From: Geosiphon pyriformis uo1
Lineage: Eukaryota > Fungi > Glomeromycota
Direction: 5' to 3'
Length of the DNA: 64,000 nucleotides
Assembly: GCA_016748015.1 (NCBI GenBank)
Contig: JAAOMT010000302.1
Coordinates: 248,001 to 312,000, forward strand
Numbering within the stretch: the first letter of the stretch is position 1; each line of letters starts with the position of its first letter. Position numbers and translations under genes: made by a program. The notes beneath the pieces were generated by a model. It saw nothing but the letters and a program-made list of their open reading frames with translations. It did no database searches and was not told the DNA's origin. Of the stretch, positions 40,497 to 53,685 are shown piece after piece.

Positions 40497-41173
40497 TTAA
40501 GACTGAGTTCCGTCAAAGTCCAAGTACTGTCTGCACATTCCAGATAGTAATTCAAAATTACTGAAGAAATTTGGTCTGAAAATTGTTGAAATTTCAGTTC
40601 TGTGAGTTTCCCAATGTATTGGATCTTCAGTAGTTGTAAAATTGGGTTTTGTAGGACATTTTTACAGATATGAAATAGGTCATAAAGTCTAAGAGCTGCT
40701 CTAAGTTTGTAGTGACTGTTTGTCAGTCCAGCTGTTGTCTTAAATTCGTTGTAAAGTTGTTTCTGAATGGCTTCTTTTGTGAGGTTGGCTGTTGTGAGTT
40801 CTAGTTTTTGTTTATGCAGTGTTTTTCCAATGTAAAAATATCTATAGATTGGAGGGTATTCATTGTTTTCTTCATTAAGACACTGTCAAAGTTTTTGTTG
40901 AATTGTGGTATTTGGTGGAATGTCAATAGATAGGAGCAACAAATTTTCTCTCAAGGCAAGCTTCAAAAGTTCTAGTAGGTAAATTCCAGAATAACTTCTA
41001 GTATTCTTTTTATAAGGGTGATAATTTTGTGATTTTGGGGATAAGGTTGTGGCTGTTTCTGTTTGAGTATAATTAATTTGTTTTTCTGTAATAGTAATAG
41101 ATAATTTAGATATTGTTTTTAAAGCTAACATTAGTTTTTGGGATAATTGTTGAATGTTTTGTGGAATAGTCAT
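40497..41173 (-). pseudogene. Element D ORF3
   Basis: MTIPQNIQQL...YRYFYIGKTL...LDFDGTQS*. Confidence 0.75.
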
Positions 41174-41285
41174 TATAATAATTTTTAAGAAACTAAAAAT
41201 TTTTCTAAGTGAAATTATTTTTGGGTGTGTGGATTTTTATGTTATTTTGTAGGATTGTTTCTGAATTTTTTTTATAGGAGAATAA

Positions 41286-42650
41286 CTATAATAATGAAGT
41301 GTTTAAGTTGGGAGGTTGTTTAATGACAACTATTGATTTCAAATTTCGTGGAATATCTTCGGGGTTAATTAAAGGAGAATGTGTACCAATTTGTGGGATT
41401 AATGGTTCAGGATGTGTTCTGGAATGATAATGTTTCAATTGATCTCTATGTGCAACTTTTGCTAATATTTTTCTATCAAGTCTTAACTTATATGATCTAT
41501 TTCCTAAGATTTTATAAACAAAGAATGGTCCATCCCATTTATGTTCAAATTTTCCACTCTATTGTTTTTCAGTCTTAGTTTGGTGTAAAAAAACTTTATT
41601 TCCAACTTTAAATTCGTTTATAACTGGTGGCAGTTTGTTGTCATGTCTTTTTTTTTGTTGGGCTTGTAAATTTTCAATGTGGATGACTGCTATACATCTT
41701 TTTTCTTCTAAAATACTGAGAAGAGTATAAGTTCTTTGCTGAAGTGTTTCTTGTAAGTTTTCTTCTGTGATTGGTTGTACTGAATATGTTTCCACTATGA
41801 ATTCAATTGGTAGTTTTGCTGTTTTTTTATAAGTAAGGTCAAATGGTGTGTGTTTCGTTGTATCTTGTTTTAGTGTTCTATATGCTAGTAACACTGATGG
41901 AATAAAGATATTCCATTCCTGTTCAAAATCTGTTAAGACTTTGGCTAGTGATTCACACAATGTTCTGTTGAAACATTCCACTAATCCATTTGTCTGTGGA
42001 TGGTAGGGCGAAGATAAAGATCTTTTGACATTAAATCGTTCACAAATTTTTTGTATCAGGTTGTTCACAAAATGTGTTCTCTGATCGAATAAAAGTTCAA
42101 TTGGGCATCCATGTCTACAAATAATGTCTTCATAGATAAAATTTGCTACTGATTTTGCATCTGCTTATTGAATAGCTCTGGCTTTGAGCCATTTAGTAAG
42201 ATAATCTATTGCTACTGCTATGTATCGGTTTCCTTGCATGGTGATAAGTAGCAGTCTGACTAAATCGATACCAACTTGGTCAAAAGGTTGTCTAACTTTG
42301 ATTGAATTTAAAGGTTCAGTAAGGCATGTTCCTCCTCTTTTTTGACAACTATCACAAGATTCAACATATTGATGTATGTCTCTTTTTATTCGGGCCAAAA
42401 ATAGTATTCTAGTGTTCTTTAGGTGGTGCTGTCTTTTTCAAAATGTGCTGATAAAGGATCTGAGTGCATGTTGTATAATATAGTCTCTTTTTTGTGTTTT
42501 TGTATTAATCTGAGTGATTTGTCTGGGTTTTTGAAATTTCGATGATAAATAATATTGTTGTAATCGATGGTTTTCATTTGAAGACCAATCTGTTGGGATT
42601 GTTAATGTCTTTAAATATTGTTTGAGATTGTTGTAGTCTTTTGAATTCAT
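41286..42650 (-). pseudogene. Element D stand-alone integrase
   Basis: Own start MNSKDY; CDSCQKR, SPYHPQTNGLVE, tail IPRNLKSIVVI. Confidence 0.9.
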
Positions 42651-42690
42651 TGTTTGTTGGTTGTTAGGTTTGAGTGTTGATTTGTGTTTT

Positions 42691-45600
42691 CTAATCTTGT
42701 CTCATTTTGGAGAGACAGTCAACATTGGTGTGGAGTTTTCCTGGTTTGTGATGTACTATATATCGGTAGTTTGCTAAAAATCCTGTCTATCTGGTTTGTT
42801 TTGTATTCAACTTCGTGTTTTTGTTTTGTAACCATTTGAGTTCAATATTATCAGTAATAATATCGAATTCCTTAGGTTTGAGATAAAGGTTAAAGTGGTG
42901 TAAGATCCATATTACTGCTGCAGTTTCTAATTCCATTGCTGGATAGTTTTTCTTGGCTGGTTTTAGTGTTCTACTGGCATAAGCGATTACTCGTTCATTG
43001 CTGCTGTCGTCTAATTGTGATAAGATGGCACCAAAGACAGTGTATGAGGCATCTGTGGCTAATTGAAATTGGTTACTGAAGTCTGAGTAGGCAAGAATTG
43101 GAGCTGTGATAAGCTTTTCTTTGAGTTTTTTGAATGCATTTTGGTGTTCTTCTGTCTACTTGTATTCTGCATTTTTGGTATTGAGTTGGTTAAGAGGTTT
43201 TGTGATCTCTGAAAATTCTTTAATGAATTTTTGATAATAGGAAGTTAATCCAACAAATCCTCTTAATTCTGTGGTATTCCATGGAACTTTGAAATTTTTA
43301 ACAGCACTGATTTTTCCTGGATCTGGTTTAATTCCTTCTTCACTAACAATGTGACCAAGAAAAGCCAAACTTGTTTTTCTAAAATGGCATTTCTTGATGT
43401 TTAATTTTAATTCTGTTTTGCGTAATCATTGAAAAACTTCTCGCAAGTGAATTAGATGAAGTTAAAAAAATGATGAATAAACATCAGTGTCATCAAGATA
43501 GACAACTACTGATTTCCAAAAAAGTCCAGCATATACAACATCCATGAGTCTCTGGAATGTTGCTGGGGCATTACACAATCCAAAGAGCATTACATTAAAT
43601 TCGTAGTTCCCTCCTTGCATGGTAAATGCTGTTTTGGGATGGTTTTTGAGATCTATGGCAACTTGCCAGTATCCACTTTCTAAATCCAATGTTAAAAAGT
43701 ATTTGGATTTTCCAAAAGCATCTAACATATCATCAATTCGAGGAAAAGGGTAGATATCTCTAATGGTGATATTGTTTAATTATCTATAGTCAACACAAAA
43801 TCAAATTTTTCTATTTTTCTTTTTAACGAGTACTATTGATAAAGCCTATGGGCTCATTGATGGTTGGATAAGCCCATTGTTGAGCATCTTTTGGACTTCT
43901 TCTCTAATAAATTAATGGCTTTCTGGGGCAACTCAGTATGCTTGTTGTCATCTAGGTTTGGCATCTTCTGTATAGATTTGATGTAGAACCAAATCAGTTT
44001 TTCCTAAATCATTGTTGTTTTCAGCAAATATGTCTGCATGTTCTACAATTAACTTCTTGAGCTGATTCTGTTGTTGGGGCTCTAGTTGTCCCATGTTAAT
44101 TCAGGATAACTTTTCAATAACAATATGGTAGTTTTCAGAACTGGGTTTTGAATTAAATTTTGGAAGAGAATGTCCAATAATTTCTGAAAAATTTAAAACT
44201 GTTTAGGGTAATTCTTGTTGAAAAATTTTGCTATGAATAATTCCGATTTCCAAATTATTTAGTAAAATGATGGGGTGATGATTGGGGTTGTAAAAAGTAA
44301 CTCAGACTTTCTTCATTCTTTTTGGAATATAAATGTTTGGGATTAAAATGCCATGTTTCATGCAAATTTGTTCATTGGCTTCAAAAATTTGTTGAGTAGT
44401 GGTGGGTTTTCCACAGGTATAAATTTCGTGATGTTCTTCAAAGGGTGAAATGGTTATTGGTTGTGGAAGTCTAAGAATCTGGTAAGATTCATTCTGTGTA
44501 TTGAGGGCTATATTAACTGGAACCATGAATTGTCCAGTTGAACCAAAATCTTGGATTCCTCTCTTGCTTTTCCCTAATTGTTTTCTTTGATTAACTAATT
44601 GCAAACCTGAAATGTTGATTAAGGGTAAATAAATAGCTTGGGCAATCTTTTTAGCATGTTCAATCTTGAATGATTTGTCAGTTTCATTTTGAAGCATTAC
44701 TGTAATATCTCCAGTGTATCCAGCATCAATAATTCCTCCTCTTATGTTGATTTTTTTGCTTGCTAGGAAGGATCGGGAGGTGATTTGTATCATTATTCCT
44801 GGTGGGATTTCAAGGGCAATTTTTAGATTAATTCTCATAAGGGATTTTGGTTGAAGAATGAGGGTATCTTTTTCTGGATATCTTAGATCATATCCAGCAT
44901 CAATTTCGTGGGCTTTCTCAGACTTGATTCCTTGTCCTTTATTGTTGAAGTATTTGAGTGTTATGGCAGGTTGGTTTTTGGCAAGATAAATAAGAATTAC
45001 TGGAACTTCTTTATCCTGTATTCCAAATTCGATTTTGTGCTAGTCATCTTTAATTGGTAGTGAGATGCTAAGAGCATAGTATTCAGGACACCACTGTTCA
45101 TCACAAGGCATAATGCATTCTTCACATAGTCTAATGTTCATTTGCTCTAATTGTTGAATTTGAGCTTCTTGGGTTGAGTAAGTGTGACTTGCAATTTGGT
45201 GGTAGACTTCTACTTTATCTTCGTAATCAAATCCAGCTAATTTCATAGTGTATTCAATGTATTCTGCTTCCTTTATTTGATGGACATCTTCTTTGGTAGC
45301 TCTATTAACTAATGCCATTGCTAGGTTGAAAATTATCTCAGCATCATAGGGGTAGTGATAAAGTTTGTTGAGAGCACTGTTGTATGCTGCATCAAAAGGT
45401 GTTTCTCTTTTGACTTTTTCTGAAATTGATAAAGCATATTGGCAAGTTTGATCGCTGACTTCTTCTCTCATTGCTACATCAATCTAATTGCATTCTTCTG
45501 ATAGCATATCTCCACAAGTCAAACAAGGAATGTTGTCCCATTTTGCACTTTTTTTTGTTAGATGGCCCCATCGTTCTCTGTGGCAAGCCTTGCAGTAATA

Positions 45601-48300
45601 ACAAGTATGATTTTCATATTCTTCTTTAGGTAAAATGCAGGCTCCCATTGATGAAAGTTTTTTGTTACAATCTCTGCATTTAAGTGGAATGTAAGGTGAT
45701 TGTTTTCATGGTTTTGGTATAGAATATCTAACTTTCTTCCATCCTCTTGATTCTTCAAAGATTTCTTGTTCTTTTCCTCAGCCCAATTGAATGTTAATCC
45801 AAGAGCCATGTAGGTTTCAGTGAGTGGCATTTTTTTCTCTTCTTCAAATTTAAGTATTGGGGCTTTTTCTGATTGTTTGTTGAAAGTTCCACACATAGCA
45901 GATACTATGGTGTGTTGTTCTTGATATGAGATTTTTAATTCCTGAGTTTTCCAATCTAAATTTGCATTAGCCTTAAGAAGCCAATCATTTCCAACAAGAG
46001 CTTGGTATTGAAATGCATCCATGACTAGAACTTTAATTGAAATAGTGATTCCATTAATAGTGAATAGAAAATTATCAATTTTTCCTACTGGTGTCTTTTT
46101 CATATCATCTGCCATAATAATGACAGTTTGAGCTGGTCTGTCAACAGTTTGTTGAAGCTGTTGCATTAATTAGTAGGTAATAATACTTCCAGCAGATCCA
46201 CTGTTTAATATTAAGTAAATTGGTTTTCCATTTATGTTAGCTTCAGTATACATTGCTGTAATAGCTTTTTGTTTGTTAACTGCTACATTGCTGAGTAGAG
46301 ATGGTGATTCATTGGCTTCAAATTCGAATGGAAAGATGTCTGAAAGATTGACATTTCAGGCAATTCTGGTTGGTGGGATAGTATTGTTGGAAGGATTTTG
46401 TTTTGGTGCTGCAGCTTCACTTTTAAAAAGTGCAGTTTGCTGAAAATTTGATTCTTCTGGTATTGTAAGATAACTGGGTTGAGTGTGATAGTGTGTGGGC
46501 CTATTTTGATTCGAATTTTGAGTGGTTAGTTGGTTGTTGAAATTAAATCTGTTGTTGTTTGTTGAAAAATGGTTTTGTGGTATAAATTGATTATGTTAAA
46601 TCAATTTTTTGGCTGGCACTTGATATTGTGATGTGGATGGTTGTTGATACTGTTGTTGGATTGGTTGTGGAGCAGGTTAATAATAGTGGTTTGGATATTG
46701 TGGCCTTGATAGATATTGAGCTGGTGGTGGTGGATAATATAATTATTGTGGTTGGGAATAATGTTGATTATTCCTCTGTTGTTGGTCTTGTTGCAATTTT
46801 CTACAATCGCGTTTTCAGTGTTCTGGAATTCCACAATAATGACAATTTTGGATTTGGTTGTTGGATGGTGGTCCAAAGTTGTTTTGATTGCGTCGTTGTG
46901 GAAGTTGGTATCTTTGTGGTTGTTGTAATTGCTATGACTGCTGTTGTTGCTGTTGGTTGGTAAAGTAGTTTTCAACTTTCTTGGTTAATTGGTTAATCTT
47001 TTCTTCAGCTGCTAAGCTGGTTTCTTTAATAGTCAGGTTAACAAGTTTGGTATGGTTGGCTTCTTCCATGGCCATTTCATAGTTTTTTGTTTGTTGAATA
47101 GCAGTGGCTAAATCTTCTGATGCATGTGGGCAAACTTTCTTGATAAGTTTGTCTTTTAGTCCAGCAATAAATTGATCCAAGATTTGTGCATTGAAGTAGT
47201 ATTTATTTGTTTTCAATTGGCGAATCCTTTTAAGCAGTTTGTTGAATTTTTCAAGATAGGTCATAACTGATTCATTTGGTTCTTGCTTAATATTTCAGAA
47301 CCAATTTCAAAGGGTAATAGAAGTGTTATTGTCAGTGAACTGTTCTAGGAAAGCAGTTTTGAATGCTTCCCAGTTTTCTGGTGGGGCTTCCAAGTTTTCA
47401 AACCATTTGTTAGCCATTCTTTGTAAGAAATATGGGATTGCTTTTAATATTCTGGCAGCATTCCAACCATTTGCATTTCCTGCTTTTGAAACTTTGTCAA
47501 GCTATTTTTGAGGACTGGTTTCGCTGTCTTCTCTTGTGAACTTAGGAATTTTTGCAATATATGTGAAAGCCATTTCTTTTTTGTTTTCAACATCTTCTGT
47601 TTCTAATTCTGCTTCAGTTTCTTCACTTTTCAAGCTTTCTGAATGATTACTTTCATTTTCCTGTAGGTAATCAAGAAGATTGGTGCTAGTTGATACTGGT
47701 TCCTGCTGTTGAATAGGCCTTTTTTGTGAGGTGAAATCTTCTGGTCTTGAAAATCAAATAAAAGGTGAATTTGGTGTTTGTAGTTGAGCAAGTGAAATTG
47801 GAAATGGTGTAATAGAAAGTGGTAATTTGACACTGGTTCCTTGTTCAGGTGTTTACAAGTGTTTGGCAGTTGTTTTTGTCAGTATTGGAGTGTTTGGAGT
47901 GGTTTTTGAGTGTTGTTTCACTTTTTGTTTGCCTTTGTTGCTTGTTGCTTGTTTCTGTTTCTGATTCAAAATCAAAAGAGTATTTGAACTGCACTGAATA
48001 TTTTTCTTTGCAATACTTGATAATGTTATAATTAAGTTCTTGGAAGTAGGTGACAAGTGTTTCACTGTTAAGGTCTTCAGTTCCTAATTGTGAATAGTGC
48101 ACTAAATTATTGTAGAGGTTGCTTCTAACTTCTAAAATGTTGTAATTTCCAAGAAAATAATTGTTGAAACAGTTTTCAATATATAGGTAAAGTGTTCTCT
48201 TGACAATTTCAATTCCGTCTGGAATGTTGAATCTTTGTTTGCAATGGGTGTAAATTGACTGGTAATACTCTAAAGTTGCTGTGTTTGGTATGGTCGCCAC
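42691..48300 (-). pseudogene. Element D gag-pol with Cys-rich domain and dUTPase
   Basis: YIAKIPKF, protease, AHEIDAGYDLRYP...GGIIDAGYTGDI...RGIQDFGSTG, YLDD, RNase H ending CLSKMRQD*. Confidence 0.92.
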
Positions 48301-51300
48301 TTTGAATTTTGTTGTTGCTGTGTTATTTCTGTGGGAGAGCACCAAATGTTATCAGAGGTTTTTGGTCTCTTTTTTTAAATGTTGTTGATGCCTGTTTGTT
48401 GTGAATTCACGTTTTCTGAATGTGGTTGAACCTTCAGTAACTGAATTTATCTTCAAATTATCTTCTATAATTTGAACTGCTGGGCTTATAAGTGGAATGG
48501 CCAATTCCATGCCAGTTACTTGTGTAGTTATGTTGTAGTAAACATCAATTCTTTCCCAGAAATTGCTCATCTGGAAGTTCACTAAAAATGTGTAGTTACT
48601 TTGCTGTGAAAGTCAACTCTTCTACAAGAATTTCATCTGTAGGCTACCCAAATAATGATAATAAGAAAAGAAAAGAAAAATAAAAAAAATGTAACAGAAA
48701 TAGGATTTTTTTATCAAAGAAAACGTTTTCTATCCAGGCCTGGAATTACTAACAGTTTACTGAAATTGGTAGCTAATCAATTTCAAAATGTTAGTTGGGT
48801 TTTGGGAATTTTTAAGTACAATAATTAAGAAAGTTGACTTTTAAATTATTTAATTTTTTTTATTATTTCGTTTTTGTGAGAACAATTCCAATTAATAAGT
48901 CTTTAGTAAGATATTTAAAAGTAAGAGATACATTTTCTCGAAGTGAGAAGCTCTTCTTTTATACAACTTGTTGTAGTACTAATCTATGAACTTGAACTAT
49001 TTTCTTTACTATGGTTTTGATGAACTAAAGATACCTTTTGGCAAACTTACAAGTTATTTCTACAAACTATTGAATATTTTGGTAAACTATTAATTATTTC
49101 GGCGAATTTCTACAAATTTTGGCGAACTCTTAAATATTAAATAGTTCGGAGTATTGTGTAATTTAATCATTCTAATTTCTATAGTACAAATCGGATTATT
49201 AATTGATTGATAATATTCGATAATTTTATTAAATAATAAGTAATAATTTGAACAATAATATATGCTAATTTAATGGTAGAAATTATAAGGGTAATATTAT
49301 GTTAATTAATATCTCAAGTTTTAGTTGGTAACAATGCTACTGGAAAAAAAAGTATTTAACATAATTCAAAATAAGAATTTCAATAAAGCTCAATATTAAA
49401 AGAAGAAGATAATGTTACTTATAGAAAGAAAAACAGATATAGAAAATAGTAAACCAATAAGAGAGTAGTAGTTAGCACATAAGTATATTGCTTAGCAATG
49501 TAGAGCAATGTCAAAAATTATAGTACATTGCTTAAGAAATCATAGCACATTGCTCAGAAATGTGGGCAATCTCATAGAACATCAATTATGTATATATAGC
49601 AATAGCATTAGAAGAAAAAAAGACAGATCTTTCCATTTAGATTTGATCTAAGCAATCTTCTACATCACAAATATCAATAAATTATTATTTAATATCTCAA
49701 ATCCACTCCCTACTATTAACATGAAATATTGATAGTAATTGATTCTTAATCACACTGGAACAATAGCTCTTAATCACAGTTATTAACAAAATACTAATAT
49801 TTATTGCCTTGGCTTATTTTTTTATTTTTATTTTTTTTATTTTGATTTGTTATTTCTTGTTATTGACTAATTGATTAAAGAGTAAAAGCACTAAATTATT
49901 GACATTAAAGATAGCCTGGTAAAAAACCCAGAAATAAGGATAGAATTATATATATATTAATAGATAGCTTACCAGAAGAGCACAACTGCCAGAATAAATC
50001 TAGCCACCATGTTGAGAAAGAAATTGGACAGAATTGCAATTCCAGAAAACTATTACAGTTATCACTGAATCTCTGTTAATTATACAAAGAACTCCACAAC
50101 AAAACTTTTAGACTAACCAAAACCTTCAGATCACGAAAATTTTCAGAAAACCAACACCTATTATTAATTCAATTGAGCACCAAGTTACGGATTTGTTATT
50201 TGTTTGAGACTCCAAATAATCACTTATAACAACACTAATTCTTATTTTCTTTTTTTTTTTTTTATTTCTTTGTTGTTTGTTAATTTACAAACTAATTAAA
50301 AAGATTAAGCACAGAGTAATTAATGTCAAGGATAGCTTGGTAAAAAACCTTAAAGAGAGAATATAGAGTTTAAAGAATTTACAGATAGCTTACCAGAAAA
50401 GCACAACTGCCAGAATAAACTGGTGTTATTGAAGGTTTTTGGTCTTTTTTTTTGAATGTTGTTAATGTTTGTCTGTTGCTAATTTCACGTTTTCTGGAAG
50501 CAATTGAACCTTCAATAACTGAATTTATTTTCAAATTATCTCCTATAATTTGAACTGCTGGGTTTATAAGTAGAATGACCAATTTTTTGCCAGTTATTTT
50601 ATGTAGTTATGTTGTAATAAATGTCAATTTTTTCCCAAAAATTGCTCATCTGAAAGCTTATTAAAAATGTGTAGTTACTTTGCTATGAAAGTCAACTTTT
50701 CTACAGGAATCTTGTCTGTAGGCTACCCTAATAATTATGATAAGAAAAGTAAAAGAAAATAAAAAAAATATAAAAAAAATGAGATTGTGTCAAGAGAAAC
50801 GTTTTCTATCCAGATCTAGAGTCACTAACAGATTACTGAAATTGGTAGTTAATTAATTTCAAAATGTTAGTTGTGTTGAGGAGATTTTAAGTACAATAAT
50901 CAAAGAATTTGATTTTTAAATATTTAATTTTTATTTAAGATATGTAAAAGGTAATTTGTTCTAATTAAGAGATCTAAAGTAAAATATTATAGTAAAATAC
51001 TATGAAAAAATATATTTTTTTAAATAGAAAAGCTTTTTTTTTATACAACTTGTTGTAATACTAGTCTTTGAACTTGTACTTTTTTTTTTGCTCTAATTTT
51101 AGCAAACTAAAGATACATTTTGACAAACTATAAATTATTTTTACAAACTATTGATTATTTTGGCCAATTTTTATTAATTTCGCAAATTTTAACTATATTA
51201 AATAGTTCAGGGTATTATGTAATTTGATTATTTTAATTTCTATAGTACAAATCGGATTATTAATTAAATAATGATATTTGATAATTTGGTTAAATAATAA

Positions 51301-51406
51301 GTAATAATTAAAATAATAATAATATATGCTAATTAATAATAAGAATTATGAGGATAATTTCATGTTAATTAATAGCTAAAATTCTACTGGTAACATAATC
51401 TTTTCT

Positions 51407-52079
51407 TCAAGACTAAGCTCTATCAAAGTCCAAGCATTATCTATAATATTAAGATAATGGTCCAAAATAATTAAAATAATTTGATCTGAAAATTGTTAAA
51501 ATTTCAGTTCTGTGAGCTTTCCAATGTATTAAATTTTTATTGGATGAAATATTGGATTTGTATAATGTTTTTACAAGTGTTGAATAAATTATAGAGTTTA
51601 ATACTGCTCTAAATTTGTAGTAAGTGTTTGTTGGTCCAGCTGCTATCTTGAATTTATTGTGAATTTGTTTTTGTATAGCTTTAGAAGTGATGTTTGTTGC
51701 TTCAAGTTCCAGTTTTTGTTTATAAAGTGTTTTTCCAATATAAAAATATCTATAAATAAGAGTATGTTTATTGTTTTGTTTATTAAGAAATAGTAGAAGT
51801 TTTTGTTGGATTGTGGTATTTGGTGAAATGTCAATAAGAGCAAATAAAAGATTTTCTTTTAGTGCTTGCTTCAAAAGTTCTGGTAATTGATTTTCAGAGT
51901 GATTTCTTTTTTTTTTTTATAAAGGTGATAATTCTGAGAATTATTTTTTATTAGTGTCATGGTTTTTTTTGAATGTATTTAATTTAACTTTTATTAATCA
52001 TTATGGATAGGTCAGAAAATGTTTTTAAGACTAATATTAATTTTTAAGATATTTGTTGAATATTTCGAAGAATAAACAT
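51407..52079 (-). pseudogene. Element E ORF3
   Basis: MFILRNIQQI...YRYFYIGKTL...LDFDRA*S*. Confidence 0.72.
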
Positions 52080-52244
52080 GATAAAAATAACTAATTAATA
52101 AACAAAATTTTGAAAAAAAATAAAGAAAATTATTTTTGGATATAAGATTTTATTTGTTTTTGGATTTGAGTGTTTTTTGTAATTATTTATTATTTTTGTT
52201 TTATGTTTTGTGTATTTTAAAGAAATTATTATAAAAATATTAAA

Positions 52245-53627
52245 TTAAGTGTTCAAATTTGGTTGTTGTTTTATTATAACTATTGGTTCTAAATTTTGGA
52301 GAATATTTTTAGAATTAATTAAAGGGGAATATATACTAATTTGTGAAATAAATGGTTTAGAATTGTTTCTGAAATGATAGTGTTTTAATGAATTTTTATG
52401 TACAACTTTTGTTAGTACTTTATCATCAAGTCTTAACTTGTATGATTTATTGCCTAGAATTTTATAAATATAAAATAGTTCATTTCATTTATGTTCAAAT
52501 TTTCCACTCCATTGTTTTTCAGTCTTAGTTTTGTGTAAGAAAACTTTATTTCTAATTTTAAATTTATTGGTAATTGGTGGTAGTTTGTTGTCATGTCTTT
52601 TTTTTTGTTAGGCTTGGAAGTGTTCAATATAAATGACTACTATTTGTTTTTTTTTCATTGTACTAAAAAAAGTGTAAACTTTATTTTGGAGTGTTTCTTG
52701 AAAGTTTTTTTCATTAATTGGTTGTACTGGATATGTTTCTACTGTGAAATTAATTGGTAATATTGCTGTTTTTTCATAAGTAAAATTAAATAGTATGTGT
52801 TTCATAGTATCTTGTTTTAGTGTTTTGTATATTAGTAATACTAATGAAATAAATATATCTCATTTTTGCTCAAAATCAGTTGAAACCTTGGCTAATGATT
52901 CACACAATGTTCTGTTGAAATGTTCTATAAGTTTATTTGTTTGAGGGTAATAAGATAATAATAGAGGTTTTTTAATACTGAATTGTTCACAAATTTTTTG
53001 TATTAAGTTGTTCACAAAATGTGTTTCTTGATTAGATAAAAGTTCAATTGGGCATTCATGTTTACAAATAATATCTTTATAGATGAAATTTGCTATTGAT
53101 TTTGCATTTGTTCTTTAGATGGCTCTGGCTTCAGGCCATTTGGTAAGATAATCTATTACAACTGCAATATAATGATTTTCTTGGGTTGTAATAGGTAATG
53201 ATCTGACTAAATCAATTCCAACTCTGTCAAAAGATTGTTTAACTTTGATTGGATTTAAAAATTCTGTGAGGTGAATTCCTCTTTTTTTTTGACAACTATT
53301 ACAAGATTCTACATATTGTTGAATGTTTTTTTGCATATGAGACCAAAAGTAGTGTTTAAGAGTTCTTTGAATTATTTCATTTCTTTTTAAGTATGCTGAA
53401 AAAGAATCTGTATACATGTTGTATAGAATTGTTTTTTTTTCATTTTTTTGTACTAATCTAAGTGGTTGATTTGAATTTTTGCAATTTTTATAATAGATTT
53501 TGTTGTAATATATGAAATATTGTTTTAATTGGTGTTGTAATCGATGTTTTTTACTTGAAGACCAATTTTTTGGTATGATAAAAGTCTTCAAATAGTTTTT
53601 GATGTTGTTGTAATTTCTGGAATCCAT
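52245..53627 (-). pseudogene. Element E stand-alone integrase
   Basis: Own start MDSRNY; CNSCQKK, IDYLTKWPEA; 3' boundary approximate. Confidence 0.88.
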
Positions 53628-53685
53628 TGTTGTTTGGTTATTTTTGTTAATAGATTAGTAAGTTGTGGTAAAATTGTTGTTGATG

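Larger units (their letters stand above)
39519..49333 (-). mobile_element. Ty3/Gypsy element D, inserted in B's ORF3
   Basis: LTRs 39519-40485 (3') and 48347-49333 (5'), TSD ATAC/ATGC, PBS TGGTGCTCTCCCAC at 48331-48344, PPT AAGGAAGAGG at ~40489-40498. Confidence 0.95.
38945..49400 (+). pseudogene. Element B ORF3 relic (38945-39518 plus 49338-49400, split by D)
   Basis: M*IPDYIHTL..QLFQTL...YYY*LG...; ends NFNKAQY* at the PPT. Confidence 0.6.
30456..50231 (+). mobile_element. Ty3/Gypsy element B, inserted in C's 5' LTR (contains D)
   Basis: LTRs 30456-31285 and 49413-50231, TSD ATAC/ACAC, PBS TGGTGCTCTC at ~31288, PPT AAAAGAAGAAG at ~49398. Confidence 0.93.

Noticed and set aside
46628-46963. 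Antisense Val-rich ORFs over gag regions (also 57628-57876, 20404-20628)
   Set aside because: Reverse-complement shadows of Gln/Asn/Pro-rich CAA/AAC codons
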